Shown in pieces: positions 27,740-42,747 of a stretch of DNA of 64,000 nt. The stretch is from Octopus bimaculoides (lineage: Eukaryota). Where the stretch lies: NCBI RefSeq assembly GCF_001194135.2, contig NC_068993.1, positions 64,107,144-64,171,143 of the forward strand, written 5' to 3'. The translations under genes were made by a program, and so were the position numbers. Within the stretch, counting starts at the first letter, position 1, and every line of letters starts with the position of its first letter. Below the pieces are notes generated by a model. That model did no database searches. It saw only the letters and a program-made list of their open reading frames with translations, and was not told the DNA's origin.

Positions 27740-27914
27740 ATTTGTTGTGTTAAAAGGCTTTTTTTTTTGTATGAAAGATTGATTATATCTTCGATTCTTT
27801 ACATTCATTTTATGACAAAAATCGTGGCAAATTTTGTCGAGTGGATCGAAAAATGATGTTTTAAGCTTGTCATTTACAAATGTATACGTGGGTGAGTATG
27901 TTTGCTTACAACCC

Positions 27915-27945
<31 letters not shown>

Positions 27946-27950
27946 ACGTG

Positions 27951-28008
<58 letters not shown>

Positions 28009-29438
28009 ATATACAAACTTATGTATACGCATATAAGTATATCAACTTGTGTGTGTATGTGTGTGCATGCGTGTGCATGACTATATTGTTCCGTTGTTTG
28101 GGGCTTTACTTACCTCGAAATAAAATTTTAAATGAATTCCTACACACAAGATGTCTAGTGAACGAATTTAGAATTTGAAATACACAAGAGTTTCTTCTAT
28201 TATATTTGTATTGAAATATCAATTTTGATGCCTTTCCATATAAGTTTAAAAAATACTTACACGGAGAAAAGAAATAGTTTCCCAATTTTGTTAAAGAACA
28301 TTCTATCCTCGTCTATTGTAGCAAAATCTCCATGTTTGTAAGCAAATATCAATGAGCGCCATGTGTAATTTTCCGTTTGATTCATTCGTTTGCTGTTATA
28401 TTAAGAAAGCTTCTATTATTTGAAATCCTTGGCTAATATGTTTTCTTGCTTTGTTTTCTTCTGTGATATATTGTTCGACAACGATCTTTACACACTCGAT
28501 AGACACTTTTATATTCTATTCAAGAAAAAGGACAAAAAGTATTCTTTCGGGGTACAATTTGATTTTTATTTAAATGATAAAATGACATTGTATACAAAGT
28601 TTATTACGGTAAATTACAACAGATAAGAACATTTAACTATTCTTCATGCATTTTCTCAGTTCGCAACATCCCCCGAAATTCACATATTAAAGAGTAAAAT
28701 GTAATATCATGTCTTTGATTCTTACTCCTAACTGTTCATCACTCATCTGTAACGCACCACCTGAACGTTGGTAGGCGTAAATCTCTGTTAGATATTTTTT
28801 ACATCCTAGGTACTTTATTGTTGATTAAATCTATCTTATATACACTTTTAGTACTTACTTAATCGACCTCGAAAATCATTTCAGTTGGGTTTGAACTCAA
28901 AATGTATAAGAATAAACGTGCGTTGGAAAAAATATTAAAAAAATGCAAAACGTCCAGCGTCCTATCGTTTTTGCCATCCATCGCTCTTCGGGAGTATAAA
29001 GAATACTATTAACGATAATGATAGCGGCATGCAATAAATTTCTTAGAAAGGGGTATTAAGATAAAATCGTCAGAGTTAAAAGGTTTCAGCTTATTTTATC
29101 GAACTCAGATCGATGAAAGAGATTGTCAACATTATATTTCATCGCTGAAGATTAAAGTAAGGAACGAAATATTGAAAGGCATTTAATCCTGAACATTACT
29201 GTTTATGCTACTGCACTAGTCTCCTAATACTGTATCATTTTTACACGGCCGCTCGTTAAACTACACAAACACATATACACACAATGGCACATACTCAAAC
29301 ATACACACATGTGCACACATATATATGGACACACACATGCACACATACATATATATGAATATGAATGTTTATATATGTATATATATATGTGTGTGTGTAT
29401 GTGCATGTGTGTATATGTGTACATATATGCAGACATTC

Positions 29439-29477
<39 letters not shown>

Positions 29478-30255
29478 TAGATAGATAGATAGATATAGAT
29501 ATAGATATAAAAGTATATATATATATATATATATATATANNNNNNNNNNNNNNNNNNNNNNNNNNNNNNNNNNNNNNNNNNNNNNNNNNNNNNNNNNNNN
29601 NNNNNNNNNNNNNNNNNNNNNNNNNNNNNNNNNNNNNNNNNNNNNNNNNNNNNNNNNNNNNNNNNNNNNNNNNNNNNNNNNNNNNNNNNNNNNNNNNNNN
29701 NNNNNNNNNNNNNNNNNNNNNNNNNNNNNNNNNNNNNNNATATATATACATACATATATGTATATATGTATGTATATATATCTTTATTGTTTATTCTCCT
29801 GTGTCAATTGATATAATATATATATGTATCTTTTCAAATGTCACAAAACAATAAAAGAAACTACATTTACTCGGTGATTCTAGACCAAATAATTTCTACT
29901 CGACAAATATTGTCAATATAACAAATTACAACAGTAACATTTAACATAACATTCTAAACCAGCAAAGTCATCTAAATATACTTAAGTTTAAAAAAAAAAA
30001 AGACCTGCATATGCAAATAAAACTGAATAGAATTAAAATAGCCGTCCATGTATCAGACATCATGTACACAGATTCTCGATAGGCCAATTAATGGATTATT
30101 TGTCTTGAGATAATATCTCTTATGGACTTGCTGAGTTACAACCCCGCAAAAATGTGGAAGACGAAAATCATCCCACCAGCACCCAGCATTATCTCTAGAT
30201 GCATTTCGGCCTTTTTTAAAAAAATTCAAACCATCAAATTTGAAGCAGGATCTAA

Positions 30256-30313
30256 TATACATACATACATACATACATACATACATACATACATACATGT
30301 ATGCTTCCATGCA

Positions 30314-30396
<83 letters not shown>

Positions 30397-30412
30397 TTAT
30401 CTATCTATCTAT
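30256..30412. repeat. Compound tetranucleotide microsatellite (TACA)n-(TATC)n
   Basis: Seen directly; similar arrays at 14461-14490, 42715-42790, 58961-59075 and 61502-61562. Confidence 0.95.
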
Positions 30413-30789
30413 AAACCATTTAATTTTGTGGAAAGAATTTCGCCTATAAAAAACATTCCATATTATTTATGGCAATATAGTCGATGAAAATATTATTGTT
30501 CGAAGAACAGCTAATTTTATTGGTTAAATTAACGTGTCAGCAACTTCAATTCTATAAACACTTGCAATCATAATGCAATATTCAAGTCAAATTAGATGAA
30601 TTCATTGAGTTAAATACGAATTGACTTCCAATATTTTATCTAACGACACTAAAACAACTTGCTATTTTCTTTTCAATGTGAATTTCAATATTTAAAACTG
30701 TCTCTTGTCAGCTGAGAGACTTATGGCTCTTTTTTGATGGTTATCGAGTCCCTGATAGCTATATTATAAAAGGAACCTTTATTGTTGTG

Positions 30790-30990
30790 CTTGATGTTTT
30801 AGAAACAGCCACTAAATCTACCTCTGAAACCACCATTCTACCGTTTTGAAAAGAAAACCATACTGGATGACGTTGCGTGGACTACCTCACCTTTGAAATC
30901 AAGAGATGACATTGCTGTAATACTTTTTACGCAGATCTTTTTAGTCAGGTCTGGTCTGGAACTGCTCAGCAATAGCAGCAACAGCTGTTA
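30790..30990 (+). mobile_element. Decayed SINE body and tail ending in (CAA/CAG)-like repeats
   Basis: TAGAAACAGCCACTAAATCTACC...GATCTTTTTAGTCAGGTCTGG...GCAACAGC. Related pieces at 41675-41710 (GTTTGACCTGTTAGAAATAGCAGC), 3310-3366 and 47165-47225 (-). Confidence 0.5.
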
Positions 30991-33814
30991 AAAACTGGAA
31001 ACTCGAAAAGCATTTCGACTGAAATCATGAAATAAAAATTATAGAAAATATTGGCAGCTATTTTTTGAACTCTCAACCGTATGTAATATTTTATTTGACC
31101 GAGCAGCTTATGGGATATTGTATACAACCAGTGAATATTCGATTAGGCTGAGCAAAAACTATACATTTCATCTTATTGATCAAGCATCTGTAAATTATTT
31201 GACGCCGGTGGATAGTATGACACCCAAATGTAAAGGCATTGTAGATGATTCGCAAATTTTTCATCGATTTCAGGATCGCCATCATTACTAATATTATTAT
31301 CTTCACCTCACTTTCCCTCTTCATCATCGTAACTTCTCGAAGCAAATATAATAAGAGGAGGTAAACTTATACTACTACTCATGTGAATATCATGTATTAT
31401 AAATCTTTCAGCTATTATACCATGACTCAAAGACCTTGTTCATTTGGTTCGATTAGAAGCCTCATCGGTTTTATGAAATGTTCAACTTGATGCTTGAACA
31501 TTCATACTCACCTCCTCGCATGCACACTCGCGCTCACAACGACATATTGTATTTAGAATATATTTGAACTGAAAACTTTCCAAACAGCCGTGTTTTAGTG
31601 TCGTTAGTGGCGGAGAGCGTGCATTGCTGTCGCGGTACACACAGAAATACTAATTAGATCGATGTCACATTTCATATCATCACAATATCCTTTTGTAAAA
31701 TCAATTTGGTTTATGGTTGCAAACTTTTGGGCTACAGAAGTCTTCTGTTTCAGTATAACTTCATTCTTCATTCTAAAAAGTCTTGAAGATCTCGTAAATG
31801 GTAAAAAGCACAGCCCTTTTTTCTTTCCTAAAAGATGAGCATTTATGGCAGTAACAATAACAAAAAAATTGTGTATTGCTTTGCGGTACCCATCCGAGTT
31901 TTTTTTTAGCATCAACAGCAGTAAAATTATATATTCAACGTTAGCGCTTTGATACAAACAAAATCCACCAGAACGAATAAAACACAACCATATTGCAGTA
32001 TTGTTGCTTATTCCTCGGCTGCTTACAATGGTATTACTGGTTTAGTGCGAAATAATGTCGGTAGCTGAAAGCAATTTTTCTTGGATGTCGATATTACAGT
32101 GCATCATTGACAAACTATAAACCGACAAACCACTTTCGGTTAAATGTGTTCATTTCCCCATTGACTCGTTTTGTCATTAAACAGTAAGAAACCAATATTT
32201 ATTATGGAATCTCTGACTAGACCGTGGATTTTATTTTCTTGTTTGTCAGAATAATCAAATTCCTATTGGTTGACTTTATGTCAATAGAGCATGATTAACG
32301 CCAATACTTGACGACATTCCTTCGTCTAGGGAATATTATTGGAAGATCCATGTTTTACAAACAGCATCGTGATCTAATCTATCAAATGCAATAACATTAC
32401 ATATAAATGGTATCCGGTTATATTGGTCTATATAAACAACTTGGTTTTATGTTTGCATATGGTAAGGAATCCTTTCATTAATATTCGTAAAATCCGAGAT
32501 AATATTGCCGTTTCGGGAAAAAAAATATTTATATGTTACGCAAAACCATTTCTATTTTTATTTGTATGCTAAGCCAAGTCTCCAAGCAGTTCTATGAGCA
32601 TATTGTACACTGGTAATATATTTCTGTAGCTAGCATTCGAACCTATACCTGATAAAGAGACAGTTCTTTGAACTCATTCTTTTCAATTTGGAGTGATGCT
32701 ATTGTGTTTTCAGCCTTTGATGTTGTACAGGGGTTGAGAATATCAGCAATTCGCAATTCTAGACATGGCATTTATAGTGGTCAATTAATGGAACGTCTAT
32801 CCAAAGCAAGTAAAACAGTTTAGATTTTTAAGTCTGCTGCAGTCTGTAGTAGGAGAGTAAATGAGAGTAAATACTTGAAAAAGTACTGTATAGAAAATAT
32901 TTCACGTGATACAACCGAACGGCATTTAAATGATTCCACTTGCTTTTATTTCCATTCACAAAGATAGATTGACGGGTCGTAGTTTCTGTGTATTGAGAAG
33001 CGACTGATAATACATTGTTGCAATGAAGTTGATGGGAACTGAAAGTTAATGGTAGTTGGGTATCGATTCCTATTTTATTTTAACTAATATTATTTATATT
33101 TATTTTTTTCAATGCTACTTACATGAATGTTATAGTGATATTCTGTTAGCTCTATAGCTGTTAATCTAAAGCCAGACACATAAAACCGAGATACATTGAC
33201 ACAGTAAAATGTTATATCTCCGAAATACCTAAGATATAGAGAATATGTGCAGAAATGGAATAATCTAACAAGCCATTTGCTAACTCCAGCACATAGCTTT
33301 GTTTGGCGAATTAAGAGAATGCTATTTTCTACGATTGTTTTTCAATAACTCTATTGGAATATTTGCTTCAACATTACGCATTTCAAATTGTCAAGCCGTG
33401 TAAAGCAAGCAGTAAACTATTTAACATCAGTTTCAATTCATAAGCGATGCAGTTTCGATATATGAATTCACTAAAGTCTTTCCATACAAAGTAGGCAGCC
33501 CCAAAATATGTCATCCTTCTTCTAAAAAGGAAAAAAAAAAGGGCATAGTCAAAAGAGTTTTATTTCACATAATAGTTTTCTTCAAGAGGGAGAAGAGGGA
33601 AGATGAGTTTGGAAGGTCTTCAGTGTAGTTAGGTTCCTCGTAAACAATCTTATTTTTTAACATATGTCAATTCAATATAATAAAATATATTTTCTTATGT
33701 TTAGAGTACACTTTTTATTGTTTATTCTTTTAAACCTTTATATACGGGCTTCTGCACATTTTCCTTCGCTCGCATTTCACATTTTCCAGCCTTACACGTT
33801 GGTATAATTCATTT

Positions 33815-33885
33815 TCCGAATGTAATACGCACTGGGATCGAACCTGCAAAATTGTGTTTTCGTAACGAACTTCGTAACCACATAA
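33815..33885 (-). mobile_element. Decayed tRNA-derived SINE head
   Basis: Minus strand TGTGGTTACGAAGTTCG...GCAGGTTCGATCCCAGTGCG (B box GGTTCGATCCC). Confidence 0.6.
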
Positions 33886-34733
33886 TAAATACATAAAGGG
33901 GTTCCATTTGTTTCGTTTTGACCCTGGAATAAATCAGAGAATTTCCTTCTTATGTTTAACAACACAATCTTTAGCACAATCGTCATTTCATACTTACTTT
34001 TCATTCACTTCGTTGTCTGCCAATCTACGTGCACACATTGAAATATCGGTAAAGCAATAAGTTGAAAGATTAAAAACAAAGCAAACCTCAACAAACTTTA
34101 TTTGAAAATTAAAAACTTAAGAAAAAAAGAAACTATAGCTTACTATGGATTCCTATTCCTAATAACAACAAAATTAAGAATAACTGCTTTTGATTATACT
34201 CGAGTATTATCGTTGATTTCCACGTGCATTTAATTACACTTTTGAAACACTGCGGTCAACTAAGATAACATTCTATCGATGAACCGTTTAAGAACCATGT
34301 TGTAACCATAACTACGACTATATCTATGGCATAAAGATACTAGTGTGTAGCTTGAGTTAGATTAAGTCGCTATTTCTTGCTAGTCGAAATACCACTGTTA
34401 CTTAATCTTTCAGGTTTACGTTCCTCTCCTCATTGATTTTTGTTTGTTACCATTTTGTTATTCTTAATGTCGAGAAAGTGTTTCCAGACTTATTTATTCA
34501 TAGACTGGTCTCTATTGATAATGGTCATCAGTCGTTTACACGAAGCAAATTTACTTCACCCTCGGCACGTGTTTGCTTACATTGTAATGGATATCGTTGA
34601 GCAACTTTCATTTCTTTCGAATCGGCACAGTGGTGATGAAAGGATTGGTGCAGCCACGGTATAAACACTACATTCATGGCTTTCTCGTGGTTACCAGTTC
34701 AAAGAGAGCGAGTCAAACGGAGGGAGAGAGAGA

Positions 34734-34815
<82 letters not shown>

Positions 34816-35739
34816 TATGTGAAACGCCCCAAGTACATGAACGGAATATTATTTATCAATCTCGAGGGAATAAAATGGCAAAGCCGTAATCAACGTGATT
34901 TTAATAGAGAACGAAGAGGGCCAGAATAAATAGCACACAGTATTCTAGCCATCCGAATGACTTCCAAGTCATCGCCTTCCTTCAGGTGCGATCGTCAGCA
35001 ATTTGAGAAAAAGAGTGGAAAAGTTTTAATGAATAGATATTCAACAATGAAACTATTCACTTTGATCCATATCTCGGAAATATACTCTCGCGCTCTCGTT
35101 TCGCATTGAAACAAAATACATTTGAATTTGAAATATGAAGTCTATGCTTGCATGTATGTATGTCATTATTCAGTTGATTTAAAGATTTCTTGCCAGTAGA
35201 GAAAGAATCAGTTTCTAACCTAGATCCAAGGCCCCTTCATTGAAATTTCAACAACAGCAACAGGATATTGTTGTTTGTTTGTATGCATGTGTGTATGTAT
35301 GTGTGTATGTATGTATTATGTATGTATGTGTGTATGTATTATGTATGTATTATGTATGTATGCATGTATGTGTGTATGTATATGAGTATGTATGTATTAT
35401 GTATGCATGTATGTATGTACTACTTGAGTTAGTACCGGTCCACCTGCCAAATGATAGCCCGATTAGATGTTTCATGTAAATATTTACAACCCAGTAGGCT
35501 GGTCCTACCACTCCGGCTCACGAAATTTTTTCCCCACGAGAGTTCCGGACTCCAGGTATAATCTCATTTGCATATATAGTTTTTGAAACGGTAAATTGTC
35601 GTTTAACGGAAATTTCGCCAGTATTAACCTCAATGAAGTAAATAAAAAAAAACAGATATAATTTCAAATTGAGTTAAAAGTAGTTTTTTGAAAACATGCT
35701 CCGAATGAATTTTCTTGGAATACTATGATGTTGCGTTAC

Positions 35740-35930
35740 TCTCCTGTTGGATCTTCGACTTTGCAAACAAGAATTACTTTACTTTTCTGCATCTAGATGA
35801 GTTTTAGTTTTCTGACTAATTTCCAATTTCTCAGCCAGACGTTTGATCAAAAAACATTTCAGTTTGGTGGCGTGATGTATTTTGTAAAGCTTCGACACAA
35901 AAGCATTTCCTCTTCATTGTGTTGTCATAT
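35740..35930 (-). mobile_element. Possible mariner transposase N-terminal remnant
   Basis: Minus-strand KRLAEKLEISQKTKTHL resembles the RELAEKL.+S..T+..HL second HTH; short and degenerate. Confidence 0.35.
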
Positions 35931-36363
35931 TTGTGATCAAATTTTATGGTGCTAGTAATAACAGTTTTTAAATATCAGATATTTGATATTGTAGTTTTGC
36001 TTAAACTTCCAAGACAATTTGTAATTCTAACAACTAAATTTTTGCGGCTTGTTAACCGCTAGGTTAGCTTTTCCCTTTATAAAATAGTTTGATCTCTGAC
36101 GGTTATGATGATACTTAATCTTGAAGATAAAACTGATTTCATGCTGAATTTCAAATCATAACTTTTGTTGATTAATGATATTATCATGTGGATCCACTAC
36201 ATCACTGCAGATGAAGACATTCGCTAAAAAGTAATGATCCGTAATTCAAATTTACCCTGTAACAATGTTTTCCTTACTGTTCCTCTCAATGATCAGAGAT
36301 CGAAAATAATGAAACATTAAATTTTATCACAATAAGAGAAGACGAAGAATTCAGATATGGATC

Positions 36364-36396
<33 letters not shown>

Positions 36397-36933
36397 CATA
36401 CTGTGGCTCTCATGGCTTTTGATCTGGACTGATTGGAGTTGTTATGTACGTTGTTTTTGTCTTGGTATAAAAGATGGGCTACAGCAAATATTTTGCTCAG
36501 TACCACAGATTTGCTTGTCAGTTGTTTGACTTTAACCAGTTGAGCATGTCCCTTGGTGGCTGACGATACGTGCATCCCTGATCATGAGCAGAAGTAGTGG
36601 CAGAGCATCATAGCCATGTGCTGAGAGGAATTCTTTGGAGTTTGGATAATTAACCTTTGGAAACACGGGTGTTTTGTTAAACACCTTTGAACAACCCTTA
36701 TTCAGGGACTTTTTGAGTGGGATGGGCGGCTTGACGTGAAAAACATTCTTACTGGGCCCCACCTGCAAGGTCATGTGCTGTTTATCTTGATATGAGATCA
36801 CCATATTGTGCACATGTGGTTGTGATGCATGTGTCTGGTATATCCTTATCAGACAGGTAGTCATGGTGGGTATACTGGGCTTCGTATATTTTACCCCAGT
36901 GTCACTTTGATGGCATGCACTGCTCTCTCACTC
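36397..36933 (+). mobile_element. About 540-bp GC-richer interspersed retro-element segment embedded in (AAT)n
   Basis: Sharp compositional island between (AAT)n at 36364-36396 and (AAT)n from 36934; ends GCACTGCTCTCTCACTC(AAT)n; no intact ORF; recalled as an abundant octopus repeat. Confidence 0.7.
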
Positions 36934-36977
36934 AATAATAATAATAATNNNNNNNNNNATGCACTGCTCTCTCACTC

Positions 36978-37056
<79 letters not shown>

Positions 37057-37184
37057 GGCAAGCTCTCCAGACATCAGAAAATAATAGATCAGTCTCAATA
37101 AAATAGATTATTTAAACAGACGACCAACGCCCTGATAATGATAATTATTAGGAAAAAGACAAATTAAGAGAACCTATGGTGAGT

Positions 37185-37655
37185 GAGGAATATATTGGCT
37201 TCAGAATGCCAGAAACAATTTCGGCAATGCACTCGGGAGCAGTTGCAGTAGTTCAGTATGGCGTTACAATCCTGAAGTGGACAGAGGCGGCGTTAAGGAC
37301 AGTTTGGACAGGAAAACAAGCTTCCAACGCTGCATGGAGCCCATAATCCTCGTGCAGACACTGATCACCTGAAGAGAGCAAATGGAGGAAAGGGACTGAT
37401 AAGTGTGGAAGATTGCGTACGTATCGAATTCGAGAGTTTAGTGAGGTTCCTGGCCCAAAGTATGGAAATCTTGCTAGTGACAGTTAGGAACGAAGGAGTA
37501 ATGAGAGCAGAGTAAAAAGGGAAAACAAAAAGAAGTACAAAAAGGACATGAAGAAGCATTACGTAACAAGGGACTACACAATCAATTTCATGGAGAAACA
37601 ACAGGAGTTTCTGGAAAAAAATAGGTGGGATTTGGCTGATGAAAGGAACACTGTG
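37185..37655 (+). mobile_element. R4/Dong/Rex6-type LINE fragment (thumb / post-RT region)
   Basis: AVAVVQYGVTILKWT, LDRKT, LHGAHNPRADTDHLKRANGGKGLISVEDCVRIE, matching the post-RT region HP.AD.DRL...GG.GL; frameshifted. Confidence 0.8.
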
Positions 37656-38958
37656 TATGAGCAGTGTAATAAGCATAGAACGAAAACAGTGAAATATCCT
37701 CCATGTTGATTTCTTGTTATTCTTCATGATATACTCTTCACACTTCATTTATCATTGTCTACATCACAAAGGTTGCTGTAATGTACATTACTTTGTATCC
37801 ACACTTATAGAGTTTGGAGTTTAATAGATTATATTGAGCACTAATCTAATTTGTTATATATAAAGTCTTTTGTGTAGTTAACCATACATACATACATGCA
37901 TACATACATACATACATACATACATAAGCTAAACCCACCCAAAGACACATACACACATATATACATGTGGTCAACCAAACGAAACACTCGGATATGAGGA
38001 AACAATCCAGTTTAGCAATTTACCAGTGTAAAGATTATATTTATGTGTGTGTGTGTTTATCTCTATATGTACACAGACACACAAAGAGATACTCTTACAC
38101 ACAGACACAAAAACTGTAAGATTGATTGTGTAAGAGAAACATTAGTCGTAGTAATTTTGATGCTAGTAATGGTAAACAATTGTGGGAGAGATGAAACCAA
38201 GCCTGTTAGTACGGTTTGGTTACAGGTTGCAGATAGTCCGTGACATTTGTTGCTGCTGTTTTCTTCGAATTACTTCTGAATTCAAACCATAGCAGCGTAA
38301 GATTGTGTTGCGATTCAGTGGAGCCTGAAATCCAAGGCTATTTTTCCTGGTAACTATGATTAGAAATAACGTTATCATAAAAGCTAACATAGCATGGCTA
38401 AATTTAATATGATGCTTTTATTGGGAAGAGAAAGAGAGAGACAGAGGAAATGGGAGCAAAAAGGCTATTGAATTATTCCATTCACTGATAGTTACTACAT
38501 CAAAGCCGGTCTGCTTGTCGATTGATGTAGTTTGAGATGACACTTCATTCGGCAGTTTTCTCAGCAGAACAAAAACTTTATAGAAAGCAGGACAATCATC
38601 AGAAAATCAACAGTCTCTATGGAAGCTATGTAAAAAGCAGAAAACTAATGTATGTAGTGAACTGCAAAATATTTCGTATCAGACAATGACATAGATAATA
38701 TATACTTTTTCCATCTTTGGCCAGCAGAAGAAGAAGAATAAGTGATTAATCTGACAAACAGACATTGCAATACTTTAGAGCTACATGTATTTAAATATAG
38801 AAGTGGTGTGTGTGTGTGTTTGTGTGTGACTGCGTGTGTGTGTGGTACAATGTATGCCAGTGATTTCCTGTGCGTGGGCGATGTCTGTATGCACAGATAC
38901 ATGTGCACATACACACGCACACACATACTAATACACACACACATACATATGTATGTAT

Positions 38959-39006
<48 letters not shown>

Positions 39007-39887
39007 GTATAGGCTCACAGGTATATTTATATCCATCTGTCTAACTAATAGATAGATAGATAGATAGATAGATAGACAAACAGACAAATAGACAGATAGA
39101 TCAGTGTAGTTAGAATAGACAAAATATTGCCAACTTAGAAGGAGAGGACTTGGAGAGGAAATAAATTTTGTGGGAATTGAAAGGTTCAACGTGTCAGTAA
39201 CCGGAGACTACTGAATAATGGAGAAATGGATGGTGGTCTTTAATCACCGATCGGTTTGGCTTAAAAGTTCTTGTGTCGTGTGTGGAGTGGTTAGCTTTCT
39301 TTAAAATGGTCTTTGCGTTTTTTGGGGGTTTTGCGTATTTTTTTATGTGTAGATGTGTATTTATGTGTATGTTAATACGATCAACAGGAAACTGTGATTT
39401 TAATTTCCATAAAACACGACCTACTGGAATTTAGCTATTTGCCACTTTGGTAACTTATATAAATTGGAAAACACCTTCCAGTATAGAAGATAGAATTTAT
39501 GGAATCGAGATAGAATTCGAAAGTCATATCAGAATGATTAATAAGTATTCGAATAGTATCAAGGAAAACAACATCTGGAACTAAAATACGAAAGGAACAA
39601 AAGAGAATATTATATTAATGTGAATGTTGACGACTTTGTTGAGATCGTTTGTCTCGTCTGTAAATTGCCGAAGTTAAGAATATAAATTCTTATGAATAGT
39701 GAAAAATGATAATATCATTAGCGTAAAGAAATTTACATAATTATAAGAGGAAAATATATTTGCAGGCATAGCTCTGTGTTTAACAAATTTGCTAAATAAC
39801 ATGCAGATGAATTTGAAATATCAAATTGATAATTTGGACAAAAGCTTTCAAATAAAGCCTCGAGACAATACACACACACATACACAC

Positions 39888-39925
<38 letters not shown>

Positions 39926-40393
39926 TCGCGCGCGTATTTGAATATATATGTGTGTATAGGTGTGTGTGTATACGCACATAAACACACGCTTATGTACACT
40001 TATCTGTGTCCATGTTTATGTTCTGTCCACCAATATTTCTAAATTTTACATTTTGTGATTTGACAAGAAGTGACGTAATATAAGCACAATATAGAAAGGA
40101 CTACCAGTAAGGGCCATGTTTATAATTCAAAACTTCAGAAAAATGTCTTCCGTCTATACCAGTACTTAGACTTATGTTTCTCACATTAGCACTATACTGC
40201 AAACGTTTGGATAGGAATGTACTTAATTGTAATATCTGTACCTCTCTCGTATTAATTTTATTGATCGCTGAAAGACGAACAGGAAAACTAACTTCAGTGC
40301 CATTCTCAATCCAAAACGTACAGGAGAAACATTTATAAATTGCAAAGCAATTTCTTTTGCGCTTTTATTTTCTCCCGAGAGGAAAATATAATA

Positions 40394-40445
<52 letters not shown>

Positions 40446-40583
40446 CATACAAACGAGTGTGCACAGGTGGATTTCATGTGGGTCTGTATGTATTCATATA
40501 TATATGTGTGTGTGTGTGTGTGAGTGCTTGTGTTAGTGCTTGTGTCTATGTATATCTCTATGTAATGTATAACACACACATAT

Positions 40584-40647
<64 letters not shown>

Positions 40648-42010
40648 NNNNNNNNNNNNNNNNNNNNNNNNNNNNNNNNNNNNNNNNNNNNNNNNNNNNN
40701 NNNNNNNNNNNNNNNNNNNNNNNNNNNNNNNNNNNNNNNNNNNNNNNNNNNNNNNNNNNNNNNNNNNNNNNNNNNNNNNNNNNNNNNNNNNNNNNNNNNN
40801 NNNNNNNNNNNNNNNNNNNNNNNNNNNNNNNNNNNNNNNNNNNNNNNNNNNNNNNNNNNNNNNNNNNNNNNNNNNNNNNNNNNNNNNNNNNNNNNNNNNN
40901 NNNNNNNNNNNNNNNNNNNNNNNNNNNNNNNNNNNNNNNNNNNNNNNNNNNNNNNNNNNNNNNNNNNNNNNNNNNNNNNNNNNNNNNNNNNNNNNNNNNN
41001 NNNNNNNNNNNNNNNNNNNNNNNNNNNNNNNNNNNNNNNNNNNNNNNNNNNNNNNNNNNNNNNNNNNNNNNNNNNNNNNNNNNNNNNNNNNNNNNNNNNN
41101 NNNNNNNNNNNNNNNNNNNNNNNNNNNNNNNNNNNNNNNNNNNNNNNNNNNNNNNNNNNNNNNNNNNNNNNNNNNNNNNNNNNNNNNNNNNNNNNNNNNN
41201 NNNNNNNNNNNNNNNNNNNNNNNNNNNNNNNNNNNNNNNNNNNNNNNNNNNNNNNNNNNNNNNNNNNNNNNNNNNNNNNNNNNNNNNNNNNNNNNNNNNN
41301 NNNNNNNNNNNNNNNNNNNNNNNNNNNNNNNNNNNNNNNNNNNNNNNNNNNNNNNNNNTATATATATATATATATACATACATATATATATATACATACA
41401 TATATATATGTTAGGTAATGCTAATGCAATTATGTGCAATCTGTGTTTTTAAGACCAAACACTCAAATCGAATAAATGATAATGATAAAGAATTATCTAT
41501 CTTTCTTCAAAGGCTGAGGATAAATATGTTATATCAAAGAAAAATGTATGGTGAGGTGTGATACTTATGGATGGACTTAATATGTAATCAACTGTAAAAC
41601 ATACAAGAAATAGAAAGATATTCCTTTTCAAATATGGAGGAGTCTGAATCAAATGGTGAACATCAATGTGGTCGTTTGACCTGTTAGAAATAGCAGCGAC
41701 ATCTCTCTAACATTTCATCCAACCCTGCTCAATGGGAATATACAGATGAAGGGATGTTGTCATAGTTGCGCAGTGTCTGATATACGAGAAAATGCGAGTA
41801 GTGTTGGATACTTTTGATAATTGGTCTGCATTTATCAATAGCCAACAAAGTACTAAACAAAGAACATTATTACAAACTGACAAGGAAAACTCTTAGTCAG
41901 CTGTTTACTCATACGCCCGAATCAGCAACCAAAGGTCCTTCAAATGATAGCCCAGCTGTTCCAAAAAAATAAAGAAAAGAAAACATCTTTGTAAATTATA
42001 CTCTTAGATA

Positions 42011-42092
<82 letters not shown>

Positions 42093-42715
42093 NNNNNNNN
42101 NNNNNNNNNNNNNNNNNNNNNNNNNNNNNNNNNNNNNNNNNNNNNNNNNNNNNNNNNNNNNNNNNNNNNNNNNNNNNNNNNNNNNNNNNNNNNNNNNNNN
42201 NNNNNNNNNNNNNNNNNNNNNNNNNNNNNNNNNNNNNNNNNNNNNNNNNNNNNNNNNNNNNNNNNNNNNNNNNNNNNNNNNNNNNNNNNNNNNNNNNNNN
42301 NNNNNNNNNNNNNNNNNNNNNNNNNNNNNNNNNNNNNNNNNNNNNNNNNNNNNNNNNNNNNNNNNNNNNNNNNNNNNNNNNNNNNNNNNNNNNNNNNNNN
42401 NNNNNNNNNNNNNNNNNNNNNNNNNNNNNNNNNNNNNNNNNNNNNNNNNNNNNNNNNNNNNNNNNNNNNNNNNNNNNNNNNNNNNNNNNNNNNNNNNNNN
42501 NNNNNNNNNNNNNNNNNNNNNNNNNNNNNNNNNNNNNNNNNNNNNNNNNNNNNNNNNNNNNNNNNNNNNNNNNNNNNNNNNNNNNNNNNNNNNNNNNNNN
42601 NNNNNNNNNNNNNNNNNNNNNNNNNNNNNNNNNNNNNNNNNNNNNNNNNNNNNNNNNNNNNNNNNNNNNNNNNNNNNNNNNNNNNNNNNNNNNNNNNNNN
42701 ATATATATATATATG

Positions 42716-42747
<32 letters not shown>

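Noticed and set aside
31604-31987. 127-aa minus-strand ORF
   Set aside because: No recognisable domain; starts at a non-ATG codon; composition typical of random AT-rich ORFs.
35566-35573. Octamer ATTTGCAT, plus tandem ATTGG boxes at 481-500 and YY1-like AAGATGGCG at 61172-61180
   Set aside because: Short motifs are expected by chance in 64 kb, and no linked snRNA or transcript start is visible.
36915-36980. Duplicated ATGCACTGCTCTCTCACTC(AAT)n on both sides of a 10-N gap
   Set aside because: Most likely an unmerged contig overlap, not a real duplication or TSD.
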